A DNA stretch of 64,000 nucleotides from a virus (taxonomy: Duplodnaviria > Caudoviricetes), in IMG/VR virus record IMGVR_UViG_3300011335_000826, positions 1 to 64,000 of that record; one strand, given 5' to 3'. Shown here piece by piece: positions 18,023 to 27,226 of this stretch; position 1 is the stretch's first letter; every line of letters begins with the position of its first letter. The translations under genes and the position numbers were made by a program. Under the pieces are notes generated by a model. It was not told where the DNA came from and did no database searches. It saw only the letters and a list, made by a program, of their open reading frames with translations.

Positions 18023-18484
18023 ATGGTAAAAAAAATCTATTACGAAAAGGTGGGCGGGAAATATGTTCCTGTGGCCGAATACGACAGCGACTTGACAGAT
18101 AGTTTTGGCAAAGGCAGCCATCTCGTGATATGCTATCCGGGTGGGCAGAGCCGTAGATACAACATTGATCCTGATTATGCTGCCTTGATTGCTGCTGGTC
18201 GTGTGGCCGAAGATGCTATGATTCAAGCCATGCAAAAGGCCAGTGAATTGAAACCCAAGCAAACTCCTATCACACTGGGCCAACAACAAGCATGGAACAA
18301 GTTGGCCCGAGAGTTTGGTGATGAACTTGCCACATTGAATGGAGCCAGTTCCTGGGAGATCGCCCAGGCAGGATTGAAGGCATTGGAACAAGAAGCCGCC
18401 ACTCTATTGACCAATGAGGCAGTGAAAGCAGCCTACGACCAGTTCCTATTTGTGTGTGCATTGACCAAACAACAACGGAAGTAA
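18023..18484 (+). CDS. Hypothetical protein
   Basis: ORF; start MVKKIYY. Confidence 0.7.
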   Translation: MVKKIYYEKVGGKYVPVAEYDSDLTDSFGKGSHLVICYPGGQSRRYNIDPDYAALIAAGRVAEDAMIQAMQKASELKPKQTPITLGQQQAWNKLAREFGDELATLNGASSWEIAQAGLKALEQEAATLLTNEAVKAAYDQFLFVCALTKQQRK

Positions 18485-18487
18485 ATA

Positions 18488-19870
18488 ATGACAAATGAAT
18501 TCACATACGACATTGATGATCCACGCTATGAGGGCACCATGTCGTCTGGCTGGATAAAAGAACTGGCCGAATCCGACAGCCGCATCCACAAGGAAAAGGT
18601 GATCGAAAAAGCCTTGATGGCATCCAAATTGGGCAGTGCCGATGCACAGGCTTTTTTGTTCAACTGCTATCAAGCCTACAATCCCTTCCATACCTTCCAT
18701 GTGAAGCAACTGCCCGAGACCACAGGACTCACAGGTCGCGCTAATCCATGGCCACGATTCTGGGGCCTGTTGGAAGCACTACGCACTCGCAGCACCAGTG
18801 GCCATGCGGCCAGAGACATGATCAAGAGCATCAGCGAAGAGTTTGACAGCGATGAGTGGAACTTGGTATGTGTGCCAGTGATCCGCAAAGACCTGCGCTG
18901 TGGCATCACAGACAAGACCTTGAACAAGGTATTGGGCAAGACACAATATCGCATCCCAGTGTTCTCATGCCAGTTGGCACAGGATTCAACTGATCGCCCG
19001 GCCAAGATGAAAGGCATCAAACGCCTGGAAGTCAAACTGGATGGTGTGCGTGTGCTGGCAGTGGTCACGCCGATAGGAGTGACCTTGTATAGCCGCAATG
19101 GCAAAGAGTTTGCAAACTTTCCACAGATCGCAGATGCTTTGATGAATGTGGCCAACGGCACGGTCAAGGGCGGCATGGGACCCAACGGTGTGGTCTTGGA
19201 TGGTGAGATCGTGGGAGAGAGTTTCCAGAAACTCATGCGTCAAGCACACCGCAAAAACGATGCCCAAACCGAAGGCATGGTATATCATGTGTTTGACATG
19301 ATCCCGTTGCGTGACTTCAAAGAAGGTCATTGTAATACCCGGCAGAGCCGACGCTTGGAGTGGGTGGAGAACTTGCGAAATAGATTTAACCAGACTGATT
19401 GTTTGCGTGTGATGTCAGGGCACGAAGTGGATCTGGACACAGCCGAAGGGCATAATCAGATGAATCGCTATGCCCAAGACGCTGTGAAGAACGGATTCGA
19501 AGGCATCATGATCAAGAATCTGGATGCACCTTACGAGTGCAAGAGGTCGGACTTTTGGATGAAATGGAAGCCCACCATCACGGTTGATCTCAATATCGTG
19601 GGGTTTGAACAAGGAACTGGTCGCAATGCGGACCGCTTGGGTGCTATAATCTGTGAAGGAGTAGACAATGAACGAAACATCAGAGTCAATGTTGGTAGCG
19701 GTTTTAGTGACGATGATCGCCAGCGGTATTGGGATTCACGCGATACATTGCTTGACAATGTGGTTGAAGTCGAAGCTGACGCAGTTACGCAAAACCAAGA
19801 CGGAACCTACAGCCTCCGGTTCCCAAGATTTGTGAGATTCCGTGGATTTGAAGCAGGAGACAAACTATGA
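18488..19870 (+). CDS. lig: ATP-dependent DNA ligase
   Basis: KLDGVR motif I, LDGEIV, YHVFD, EGIMIK, KWKP, OB-fold VGSGF and LRFPRF. Confidence 0.95.
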   Translation: MTNEFTYDIDDPRYEGTMSSGWIKELAESDSRIHKEKVIEKALMASKLGSADAQAFLFNCYQAYNPFHTFHVKQLPETTGLTGRANPWPRFWGLLEALRTRSTSGHAARDMIKSISEEFDSDEWNLVCVPVIRKDLRCGITDKTLNKVLGKTQYRIPVFSCQLAQDSTDRPAKMKGIKRLEVKLDGVRVLAVVTPIGVTLYSRNGKEFANFPQIADALMNVANGTVKGGMGPNGVVLDGEIVGESFQKLMRQAHRKNDAQTEGMVYHVFDMIPLRDFKEGHCNTRQSRRLEWVENLRNRFNQTDCLRVMSGHEVDLDTAEGHNQMNRYAQDAVKNGFEGIMIKNLDAPYECKRSDFWMKWKPTITVDLNIVGFEQGTGRNADRLGAIICEGVDNERNIRVNVGSGFSDDDRQRYWDSRDTLLDNVVEVEADAVTQNQDGTYSLRFPRFVRFRGFEAGDKL

Positions 19871-20106
19871 CATATAAAACCATTTACACAGAAGTTGAAG
19901 TCGATGTTGACATGTCAGAGTTCGACACCGATGATCTCATCGAAGAGTTAGAGAACCGTGGCGTAGGCTATAACACCAAGGGTGTGGATGCCGATGAGAT
20001 GCGACTGTTGCTAGAGGCAATCTGGCACAAGCGTCGACTGGGCAATCACGATTACCAGCAAGAACTGGACCGGTTGATCTACGGTGTATTGGGCAAGATC
20101 ATATGA
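19867..20106 (+). CDS. Hypothetical protein
   Basis: ATGA overlap. Confidence 0.7.
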   Translation: MTYKTIYTEVEVDVDMSEFDTDDLIEELENRGVGYNTKGVDADEMRLLLEAIWHKRRLGNHDYQQELDRLIYGVLGKII

Positions 20107-20318
20107 CATACTTGCTATGGCTCGTGGCCCTGGCAGGATGGGGCTGGTTGGTGTTGGGCGATCACATGACCGCAAGAGACCGCCGTAAAGAAATCTGTTC
20201 AACTCACAATCACAGATATACCAAACCAATCACCTGGTTATCCCTTGATGGTGCTACACGCATGACCGGAACACATTGTAGAGATTGCGGCCATTGGAAC
20301 ACTTGGAAAGCACAATGA
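20103..20318 (+). CDS. Small membrane protein with C/H zinc-binding motif
   Basis: N-term TM; CSTHNH...CRDCG. Confidence 0.6.
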   Translation: MTYLLWLVALAGWGWLVLGDHMTARDRRKEICSTHNHRYTKPITWLSLDGATRMTGTHCRDCGHWNTWKAQ

Positions 20319-20545
20319 ACGAACGAATTCGACAACTTGCCGAACAGGCTTGTGCGTTTGCAGACATTCAGTATAACAAACAAACTAGGGCAACATTTTA
20401 CACAAACAAAAGTGTTGAAGAATTTTTCAGAGAAAAGTTCGCCGAGTTGATTGTAAAAGAAACCATGCAGGTCGTGGCCAATAATCTACCGCAGAACACT
20501 TACCTTGATGTTGCTGATGCAGTGATTGAACACTTCAAGGAGTAA
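20315..20545 (+). CDS. MNERIRQLAEQA-family small protein
   Basis: MNERIRQLAEQA...EKFAELIV; paralog of 52229. Confidence 0.7.
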   Translation: MNERIRQLAEQACAFADIQYNKQTRATFYTNKSVEEFFREKFAELIVKETMQVVANNLPQNTYLDVADAVIEHFKE

Positions 20546-20548
20546 AGC

Positions 20549-20671
20549 ATGATTGCGGAATTACTTTGGTTTGTGATTGGTATGTATAGTGTTGTGAAAT
20601 TCTTTCAATACTTAGACACACAGCCAAAATACCCAGACCCATTAGATACTCCACAGGATTACATGGGATGA
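20549..20671 (+). CDS. Small membrane peptide (40 aa)
   Basis: AAGGAG SD; MIAELLWFVIGMYSVV; ATGA overlap with next gene. Confidence 0.5.
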   Translation: MIAELLWFVIGMYSVVKFFQYLDTQPKYPDPLDTPQDYMG

Positions 20672-20910
20672 TCACCGACATGATCGACCGTGAGATTAAG
20701 GTAGATGATTGGGTAGTGTTCTACAGCAATCTCTACCGTGTCAAAGCATTAGGCAAGGATACCAACAACCGCTATGGTTCGGGAATGGTGCAAATCATGC
20801 TTTGGAGTGGTGGCATAACTGCTCGCCCTGTGAAGAAAAATAGCAAAGATATGGCCATCATTGACCGGAATGATGTGTTGATTTGGTTGTTGAAGAAGGG
20901 CCATAAATGA
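20668..20910 (+). CDS. Hypothetical SH3-like protein
   Basis: DMIDREIKVDDWVVF pattern. Confidence 0.65.
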   Translation: MITDMIDREIKVDDWVVFYSNLYRVKALGKDTNNRYGSGMVQIMLWSGGITARPVKKNSKDMAIIDRNDVLIWLLKKGHK

Positions 20911-21185
20911 TCAATCTAGACTTTAGTATTATGAATCCATGGCGAACCGATAAGATTTGGAATATCTTATGGAGCAAATCAGGAAGCATCACTCGGAACA
21001 AAGCCTGGGAGTTCAACGGATACCACACTGGCAATATCATCAATGTAGAATTCCGCTGGACATTACAAGGTGATCACGCAGGTGCGTATCTCATGTTGGG
21101 AGTTTTTGGATACCAAGTTGAACTGCACTTCTATGACACACGGCACTGGGATTATGACACAAACACTTGGAAATGTTACCAATGA
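20907..21185 (+). CDS. Hypothetical protein
   Basis: ATGA overlap. Confidence 0.65.
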   Translation: MINLDFSIMNPWRTDKIWNILWSKSGSITRNKAWEFNGYHTGNIINVEFRWTLQGDHAGAYLMLGVFGYQVELHFYDTRHWDYDTNTWKCYQ

Positions 21186-21391
21186 ACTCATTGATTGAAC
21201 GCATGGCCAGTGAGGCCGGACTCAAATACTCACCAGAACAAGCAGAAGCAGTGGAACGGCTGGTTCGTATCGCAGCCACTTTCTGTATCAATCAATGCGG
21301 CGGTCGAGGTGTATGTGTGGGATCCACCATGGTCAAGAACAAGATCCTCACAGCGTTGGATATGAATCGACCCCCGGAACGGACTGTCTAA
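21182..21391 (+). CDS. Hypothetical, distant MNERI-family member
   Basis: MNSLIERMASEAG...ERLVRIAATFCINQC. Confidence 0.6.
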   Translation: MNSLIERMASEAGLKYSPEQAEAVERLVRIAATFCINQCGGRGVCVGSTMVKNKILTALDMNRPPERTV

Positions 21392-21394
21392 ATT

Positions 21395-21607
21395 ATGAAA
21401 ACCTGCCCATATTGCATGACCCAAATAAATTCATTTGCGTCCAGATGTCCTCATTGCACATCTATTCAGCCCAAGCCGCCTAAGGAGGAAGATTCCGCAC
21501 CGGTATGGGGACTGTTTGCAGGCGTGGCATTTGGATTCGCTGTAGGTAGTTTCTGGGCAGGCCTGATATGCTTTATATTAGCCAGCTTTATCCTTGCTAA
21601 AAAATGA
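21395..21607 (+). CDS. Zinc-ribbon membrane protein
   Basis: CPYC...CPHC followed by hydrophobic helices. Confidence 0.7.
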   Translation: MKTCPYCMTQINSFASRCPHCTSIQPKPPKEEDSAPVWGLFAGVAFGFAVGSFWAGLICFILASFILAKK

Positions 21608-21834
21608 GTCGGAATCTATGGACAGAAATGGTGTGCGAACTGTCACCAACCATCCATGAAAATGCCGCACAACTACTATATCACCGTGCCGCAGCAGCCT
21701 GGGGCCATGGTGAAACACTTGAAGTGCCCAATGGTGTGGGTGAGTGGGTAGACTTGACAAAATTGTTTGAACAGTATACAATGTTAAAAATTCTTAAAGG
21801 AGAAAACCGTGGCAACAGCAAAAACAGTGAATAA
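21604..21834 (+). CDS. Hypothetical protein
   Basis: ATGA overlap. Confidence 0.6.
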   Translation: MSRNLWTEMVCELSPTIHENAAQLLYHRAAAAWGHGETLEVPNGVGEWVDLTKLFEQYTMLKILKGENRGNSKNSE

Positions 21835-22021
21835 ACTTGGAGACAAGTTGGTCAAAGTGAATGAGAATTTCTCAATCAACATGTATGACAATGGCTTCAT
21901 GGTAGAAGCCGGCGGTCGCAACAAAAAAGGCGACTATGTCAACGCCAAGATCATGTGCAGCAATGTGGATGAGGTGTTGAACCTTGTGCGCGAAGCATGC
22001 GAAATGGATCGAGATAGTTAA
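21809..22021 (+). CDS. Hypothetical protein
   Basis: GTG start with AAGGAG SD; sigma70 promoter TTGACA-17-TACAAT at 21754-21782. Confidence 0.7.
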   Translation: MATAKTVNKLGDKLVKVNENFSINMYDNGFMVEAGGRNKKGDYVNAKIMCSNVDEVLNLVREACEMDRDS

Positions 22022-22022
22022 T

Positions 22023-22250
22023 ATGATCGATACAGAAGTAATTTATAGTTGTTATCCAAGCCGCCATGTTGATAAGACAACATTGTACAACTGGTGTGTA
22101 GAAGCATTCGGGCCGATGCATAATGCTCCCGACCATACCAATTGGACAGTAACATCTCATTACGAAGAGAGACCTTCACCGCTAAATCCGTTTAAATTTC
22201 AAACCGTTAGGCAAGATTTTTATACTCTATTTGCATTGAGGTGGCTGTAA
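22023..22250 (+). CDS. Small protein of the C-terminal FxL(R/K)W family
   Basis: NWCVEAFG ... TLFALRWL. Confidence 0.6.
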   Translation: MIDTEVIYSCYPSRHVDKTTLYNWCVEAFGPMHNAPDHTNWTVTSHYEERPSPLNPFKFQTVRQDFYTLFALRWL

Positions 22251-22448
22251 ATGCAAGTGATGTGCGACTGCGGCAGGACATTGAATCCTGAAGGTCGGTG
22301 TGATGCCAGCCACGCACTTTCGGACGAGCAATATGCTGAGATGCTGGAACGCCGCCGGCAGATAGACTTGGCAGAATATCGCAAGCAGGCCATGGCTCAA
22401 TGGTTTGAGGATGGCAGTTGCACCGGCGGCGATTTACCGGAGAACTAA
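22251..22448 (+). CDS. CDGSH-like Fe-S/zinc-finger protein
   Basis: CDCGRTLNPEGRCDASH resembles CxCxx(S/T)xxxPxCDG(S/T)H. Confidence 0.65.
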   Translation: MQVMCDCGRTLNPEGRCDASHALSDEQYAEMLERRRQIDLAEYRKQAMAQWFEDGSCTGGDLPEN

Positions 22449-22450
22449 TC

Positions 22451-22867
22451 ATGGCAATGTGGACACTGAAAACACAGCATAAAAAGAATGCTGTGGAAAA
22501 ACAATTCTGGCGCAAAGATGGCGAAACCATCATCCGCACAGAAGGCTATCGTTGGGGCACATTCTATTGCGAAAGCGATGAACAACCTGAGATTGACCTA
22601 GTGAATCCAGATGGATACAATCTCAGCGAAAGCGATTATGATTGGGAACTGGACAACATGGATGACGGTTGCTGGGCCGAATGGGACTGGCCTGCTGACA
22701 TGACCGAAGAACAACAGGACGAGATCATGGCTGTGTGGGAAGAAGATTACTTCGACGGCATGGAAGAATTGGGCTGGTCATGTGATGATACTGAATACAT
22801 CCTGCTAGGCCCGTTGGAGTTAGCCAACGAAGATGGCAACATTGTTGGGCAAGGCGAGCCAGATTAG
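22451..22867 (+). CDS. Acidic Trp-rich hypothetical protein
   Basis: GGAG SD; start MAMWTL. Confidence 0.7.
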   Translation: MAMWTLKTQHKKNAVEKQFWRKDGETIIRTEGYRWGTFYCESDEQPEIDLVNPDGYNLSESDYDWELDNMDDGCWAEWDWPADMTEEQQDEIMAVWEEDYFDGMEELGWSCDDTEYILLGPLELANEDGNIVGQGEPD

Positions 22868-22869
22868 AC

Positions 22870-22898
22870 TTGACACCTTTCCTGGTTCCTGCTATACT
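22870..22898 (+). promoter_or_regulatory. sigma70 promoter
   Basis: TTGACA-17-TATACT with TGC extended -10. Confidence 0.8.
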
Positions 22899-22901
22899 TG
22901 C

Positions 22902-23060
22902 GTGGCATGGGCGGGGAGGTGAGTAGTTCGATGGGCGGGCAGGGTAACATAATCTCGAGATGCCTGCTTGTTCCGTAGCAATTCGAACATAAATCTCGTA
23001 GGTTGCGACCAAGACCTCGATCGAAAGATCAAAACCAGGATGTTCCTGGGAGTATGCTAT
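22902..23060 (+). ncRNA. Candidate structured non-coding RNA (or structured leader)
   Basis: No real ORF; nested helices found by eye with closing 5'/3' stem, GAAA and UGCG tetraloops. Confidence 0.55.
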
Positions 23061-23087
23061 GAGAAATAGTCTGGAAAGGATGTAGAA

Positions 23088-23405
23088 ATGTCTGTTAACA
23101 TTGAGACCTCTGCGTTGAGTATGTCTGAGTCACTTAACTCGCTTAAACAAACGCCCTCGCCCATGCACCGTGTTTACATGGAGATTGGCAGCGTGGAGAT
23201 CTGGTACAAGATCATCCGTGAAGCCAACTCCTTATATGGCCGTAACTGGCGTGGCCAATCTGGTGCCAAACGCCGATTGAGCCATAATATCTGGCTTGAC
23301 GAAAAAAAACAAGAGCGTGTTTGGTTTGATGTGCCGGATGAAAAGTTTGGCACATGGGTGGCCATAAAGTGTGGTGTTACTATCATCGCACCACCCGGTA
23401 AATAA
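23088..23405 (+). CDS. Hypothetical protein
   Basis: AAGGA SD; start could be later. Confidence 0.6.
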   Translation: MSVNIETSALSMSESLNSLKQTPSPMHRVYMEIGSVEIWYKIIREANSLYGRNWRGQSGAKRRLSHNIWLDEKKQERVWFDVPDEKFGTWVAIKCGVTIIAPPGK

Positions 23406-23409
23406 TCTT

Positions 23410-24858
23410 ATGTTCCTCAGTCTTATAACCTTGGCTGTGGCCTTGAGCCTCAGCGTTATTGCCGCCTATTACAGCATAGCAGGCCTCACTGCGATCTTTG
23501 CCGCGGCAGTGATACCCATCATGATCATGGGATCAATCCTGGAACTGGCCAAGGTTGTTGTGACCATATGGCTGCACGAGTATTGGGGCCGAGCCCGATG
23601 GTTGATGAAACTATACTTGGTTCCTGCTGTGATGATGTTGATGTTGATCACATCAATGGGTATCTTTGGTTTCCTATCAAAGGCACACAGCGATCAGAGT
23701 TTGGTAAGTGGAGATGTCAGTGCCAAAATTGCAATCTACGATGAGAAAATCCGGACTGAAAAGGAGAACATAGATGTTAGCCGTAAATCCCTTAAACAAA
23801 TGGATGAGGCTGTGGACCAGGTCATGGGTCGCAGTTCAGACACACAAGGTGCGGACAAGGCTGTGGCTGTTAGGCGTGGCCAACAAAAAGAGCGTCAGCG
23901 CCTGCTTGCGGAAATTGCAGAAAGCCAAAAGCGTATCACAGCACTCAATGAAGACCGTGCTCCAATCGCGGCCGAAGTTCGCAAGGTCGAAGCTGAAGTT
24001 GGTCCGATCAAATACATAGCAGCACTGATCTACGGCGACAGTCCGGATACTAATGTATTAGAACGAGCTGTGCGTTGGGTAATCATCTTGTTGGTATGCG
24101 TGTTCGATCCCCTAGCCATCATGATGTTGTTGGCTGCTACAGAAAGCCTCAAGTGGGCAAGAGAGCAGCCTAAGGAAGAGGTCAAAGAGCCAATTGAGGA
24201 ATCGGTCAAGGAAGATTCCCTAGCAGAATACGAACCAGATGACGGGCCTCTCAATGATGATCAACTGGAACAGATCCAGGAGTCGGCGGCAACTGATTAC
24301 CAACCCATCCATTGCCACAAGTGCAACACTGAACTGATCAATGCACCGGGCATAGGATTGTTCTGCCCTAACAAAGCGTGTGATGTAATGGACGGCCCAT
24401 TCTCCGATGATGAGGAACCCGTGATCATCCGGTCCGGCATATTGGCAGAAGATGATGACGACGAAGACAGCCCCGAACTCAAGTCAGCCAAAGCACAATG
24501 GAAAGCCGACCATCCAGACGACTCTCTCAAACGCCAACGACGACTACTTGACATGGGTGTAATAGATCAATTGCCCTGGCTAGACTATTTGCATCGAGAA
24601 CCCGAATCTGGCTTTGGTACAGAGTTACCTGTGGAAGGAACCAAAGGTGATACCTATGTTCTTACCTCTGCCATCCCCAACCAACTATATAAACACAATG
24701 GCGATCACTGGATCAACATTGACAATCGAGACAACTATACCTACGACACAGCATACATCGATCATTTGATCACCCAAATTGAACACGGATTATACGATCC
24801 TGACATGCTTAGTGACAGCGAACGCGACCAGATAGAACAACGTATACAAACCAAATGA
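23410..24858 (+). CDS. Multi-TM coiled-coil membrane protein with acidic, zinc-ribbon-containing C-terminus
   Basis: 3 N-term TMs, [15 protein letters not shown]; CHKC...CPNKAC; TAAATA 5 nt upstream of ATG. Confidence 0.75.
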   Translation: MFLSLITLAVALSLSVIAAYYSIAGLTAIFAAAVIPIMIMGSILELAKVVVTIWLHEYWGRARWLMKLYLVPAVMMLMLITSMGIFGFLSKAHSDQSLVSGDVSAKIAIYDEKIRTEKENIDVSRKSLKQMDEAVDQVMGRSSDTQGADKAVAVRRGQQKERQRLLAEIAESQKRITALNEDRAPIAAEVRKVEAEVGPIKYIAALIYGDSPDTNVLERAVRWVIILLVCVFDPLAIMMLLAATESLKWAREQPKEEVKEPIEESVKEDSLAEYEPDDGPLNDDQLEQIQESAATDYQPIHCHKCNTELINAPGIGLFCPNKACDVMDGPFSDDEEPVIIRSGILAEDDDDEDSPELKSAKAQWKADHPDDSLKRQRRLLDMGVIDQLPWLDYLHREPESGFGTELPVEGTKGDTYVLTSAIPNQLYKHNGDHWINIDNRDNYTYDTAYIDHLITQIEHGLYDPDMLSDSERDQIEQRIQTK

Positions 24859-26060
24859 CCAAAGAAACACACACAAATTGCAGCTTTTGCGGCAAAAACA
24901 AAGACTCAGTAAAGAACCTCATCGTTGGCGAATACGCGGGTATATGCAACGAATGCGTGGACTTCTGCCAGGACTTGCTCAAGGATGAAACACCCACACT
25001 AGAGATAGCTCCACAACCATCCGACAAGATGGATCCAATGGCCTTGAAGAAATACCTGGATCAATATGTGATTGGGCAACATTCTGCCAAGATCATGCTG
25101 GCAGTGGCCATCGTGAATCACTACAAGCGTATCAGCAAGACCACAACAGAGCCCGAACTGGACAAGGCCAACATCCTGATGTTAGGACCAACTGGCTCGG
25201 GCAAGACCTTGTTGGCCAAGTCAGTGGCACGATACCTTGATGTTCCTTTTGCTATCGCAGATGCCACAAGTATCACTGAAGCAGGCTATGTAGGTGATGA
25301 TGTGGAAAGTCTGATCAGCAGACTGTATGCTGCTTCGGGCAATGATGTTGCTAAGACACAGCAAGGCATTGTGTTCGTGGATGAGATTGACAAAATCAGC
25401 CGCAAAGGTGAATCCACTAGTATCACACGAGATGTATCAGGTGAAGGTGTGCAACAAGCCCTGCTGAAAATGGTAGAAGGCACAGTATGTCGCGTGAGTG
25501 CCGGTGGTGGCCGCAAACATCCCGGCGGTGAAATGATTGAGATTGATACCAAGAATATCTTGTTCATTGCCGGTGGTGCTTTTGTGGGCCTGGACAGCAT
25601 TGTAAAGAACCGTGTGCAAGGCACCAGTATCGGATTCAATGCCCGAGTAGAAGCCAACATGGACACAGACTTGGATATGACCACGCCCGACGACCTTGTG
25701 AAGTTTGGTATGATCCCAGAGTTTGTGGGACGCTTCCCTAACTGGGTCAGTCTGAAAGAACTGTCAAAAGCAGACTTGATCCGTATCCTCACTGAAGTCA
25801 AGAACAACTATATCGAGCAGTATCACTGGCTGTTCAAAGAAGATGGTGTGGAGTTGGAGTTCACAGAATCTGCCTTGGATCTCATCGCAGAACGCACACT
25901 CACAAACAAAACAGGTGCTCGTGGCTTGCATTCAGAAATTGAACGCACACTGATACCACACATGTTTAATCTACGCCGTTATTCAGGCATGGGCATCAAG
26001 GTATTAAAGATTGAGCCTAGCATGGTAGAAACACCTGCTGCTTTAGACGGCACAGACTGA
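24855..26060 (+). CDS. clpX: ATP-dependent Clp protease ATP-binding subunit ClpX
   Basis: CSFCGK zinc finger, [43 protein letters not shown]. Confidence 0.97.
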   Translation: MTKETHTNCSFCGKNKDSVKNLIVGEYAGICNECVDFCQDLLKDETPTLEIAPQPSDKMDPMALKKYLDQYVIGQHSAKIMLAVAIVNHYKRISKTTTEPELDKANILMLGPTGSGKTLLAKSVARYLDVPFAIADATSITEAGYVGDDVESLISRLYAASGNDVAKTQQGIVFVDEIDKISRKGESTSITRDVSGEGVQQALLKMVEGTVCRVSAGGGRKHPGGEMIEIDTKNILFIAGGAFVGLDSIVKNRVQGTSIGFNARVEANMDTDLDMTTPDDLVKFGMIPEFVGRFPNWVSLKELSKADLIRILTEVKNNYIEQYHWLFKEDGVELEFTESALDLIAERTLTNKTGARGLHSEIERTLIPHMFNLRRYSGMGIKVLKIEPSMVETPAALDGTD

Positions 26061-26332
26061 TGTATATTGCGTTTGATCTTATTGCAGCCGACCTTCAAGT
26101 GAATGACAACCGATCTCAAGCCGCTTGGGTCAATCATATCCTACATCAAGAGTTGAGTATTTGGTATCAAAAGCACGGCATTGCTTATTCGATCAAAACG
26201 GTAAAATATGTAACCAGGGTGGTGCTAGAGCCTGATGAGATGTATAGTTTTTTTGCCCTGACTTGGAATCCTCGGAATCCAGAACTCAGAAACTACAGGA
26301 TGATCGAGCCAATGAAACTTGACAACTCTTGA
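26060..26332 (+). CDS. Small protein, FxL(R/K/T)W family
   Basis: TGATG overlap; YSFFALTW. Confidence 0.6.
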   Translation: MYIAFDLIAADLQVNDNRSQAAWVNHILHQELSIWYQKHGIAYSIKTVKYVTRVVLEPDEMYSFFALTWNPRNPELRNYRMIEPMKLDNS

Positions 26333-26349
26333 AATTTCCTGTATAAATA
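26319..26349 (+). promoter_or_regulatory. Dual promoter: sigma70 -35 plus perfect T4 late TATAAATA
   Basis: TTGACA-17-TATAAATA. Confidence 0.75.
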
Positions 26350-26353
26350 CACT

Positions 26354-26418
26354 TGTAGATGCCCATGGTGGGGTCTACATTCATAGTCATACTTGCTTAT
26401 TAAAGGAGAAACAACATG
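26354..26418 (+). promoter_or_regulatory. ROSE-like RNA thermometer leader of hsp20
   Basis: CUUGCUU-AUUA-AAGGAG anti-SD hairpin with bulged G plus upstream GAUGC...GGGUC hairpin. Confidence 0.65.
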
Positions 26419-26862
26419 ACAAAAACTCTACACCTTCGTAGTTTCGATATCCCCGCATTCAACAAATTTGGAATTGGTTTTGAAAACCTGTTTGATGACC
26501 TACAGCGTGTCACACAGATTCAAAGTTCTTCCAACTACCCGCCCCACAATGTGATCAAGACCGGTGACAACACTGTCACGATCGAAGTGGCCGTGGCAGG
26601 ATTTGCTGAAGGCGAAATCGACATTGCGTTAGACAAGCGTTTGCTTACCATCACAGGTGCCAAACAGCGTGATGACGATGCTGCACATGAATATCTACAT
26701 CGTGGAATCTCTTCTAGAGATTTCAAGCAGACATTTCCGCTGGCAGAGCATGTGGAAGTCAAAGGTGCAACCATCCGTGATGGTATCTTGACTGTGCTGT
26801 TGGAACGCGAGATTCCTGAGTCAGCCAAGCCGAAGAGTATTGCGATCACTTACACTTCGTAA
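26416..26862 (+). CDS. hsp20: Small heat shock protein (IbpA/Hsp20)
   Basis: NYPPHNV, EVAVAGF, YLHRGISSRDF, GATIRDGILTV. Confidence 0.96.
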   Translation: MTKTLHLRSFDIPAFNKFGIGFENLFDDLQRVTQIQSSSNYPPHNVIKTGDNTVTIEVAVAGFAEGEIDIALDKRLLTITGAKQRDDDAAHEYLHRGISSRDFKQTFPLAEHVEVKGATIRDGILTVLLEREIPESAKPKSIAITYTS

Positions 26863-26917
26863 TATAATTGTGTAAATACAGTGGCAGGAATTACCCTGCC
26901 ACTCCATGAGGAAAAAA

Positions 26918-27226
26918 ATGTCAAACGCAGAAGCAGCAACTATTACCCGTACAAAAAAAGCCGTCAAAGAGCCGCCTCTTTATCGCGTGATCTACATCAA
27001 CGACAATACTACCACAATGGAATTTGTAGTAGGCAGTCTAGTTGAGTTCTTTGACTATACAGTAGAAACTGCTACACAACTCACCGTAGATATCCATGAA
27101 CATGGTCATGCTACTGTGGCTGTACTGCCTTTTGAGATTGCTGAACAAAAAGGCACAGAAGTCACAGCCAGTGCTCGCGAACAAGAATACCCATTGCAGA
27201 TCAAACTAGAACCTGATTCAAAGTAA
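26918..27226 (+). CDS. clpS: ClpS N-end-rule adaptor
   Basis: PPLYRVIYINDNTTTMEFV, DIHEHG, EIAEQK, YPL; TAAATA upstream. Confidence 0.92.
   Translation: MSNAEAATITRTKKAVKEPPLYRVIYINDNTTTMEFVVGSLVEFFDYTVETATQLTVDIHEHGHATVAVLPFEIAEQKGTEVTASAREQEYPLQIKLEPDSK

Noticed and set aside
18482-18490. TAAATA immediately before the ligase ATG as a late promoter
   Set aside because: Zero spacing; it is formed by the upstream gene's TAA stop, so likely coincidental.
22915-22990. tRNA suggested by a GTAGTTCGAT T-loop-like string
   Set aside because: No cloverleaf, D-arm, anticodon arm or CCA end; treated as an unknown structured RNA instead.
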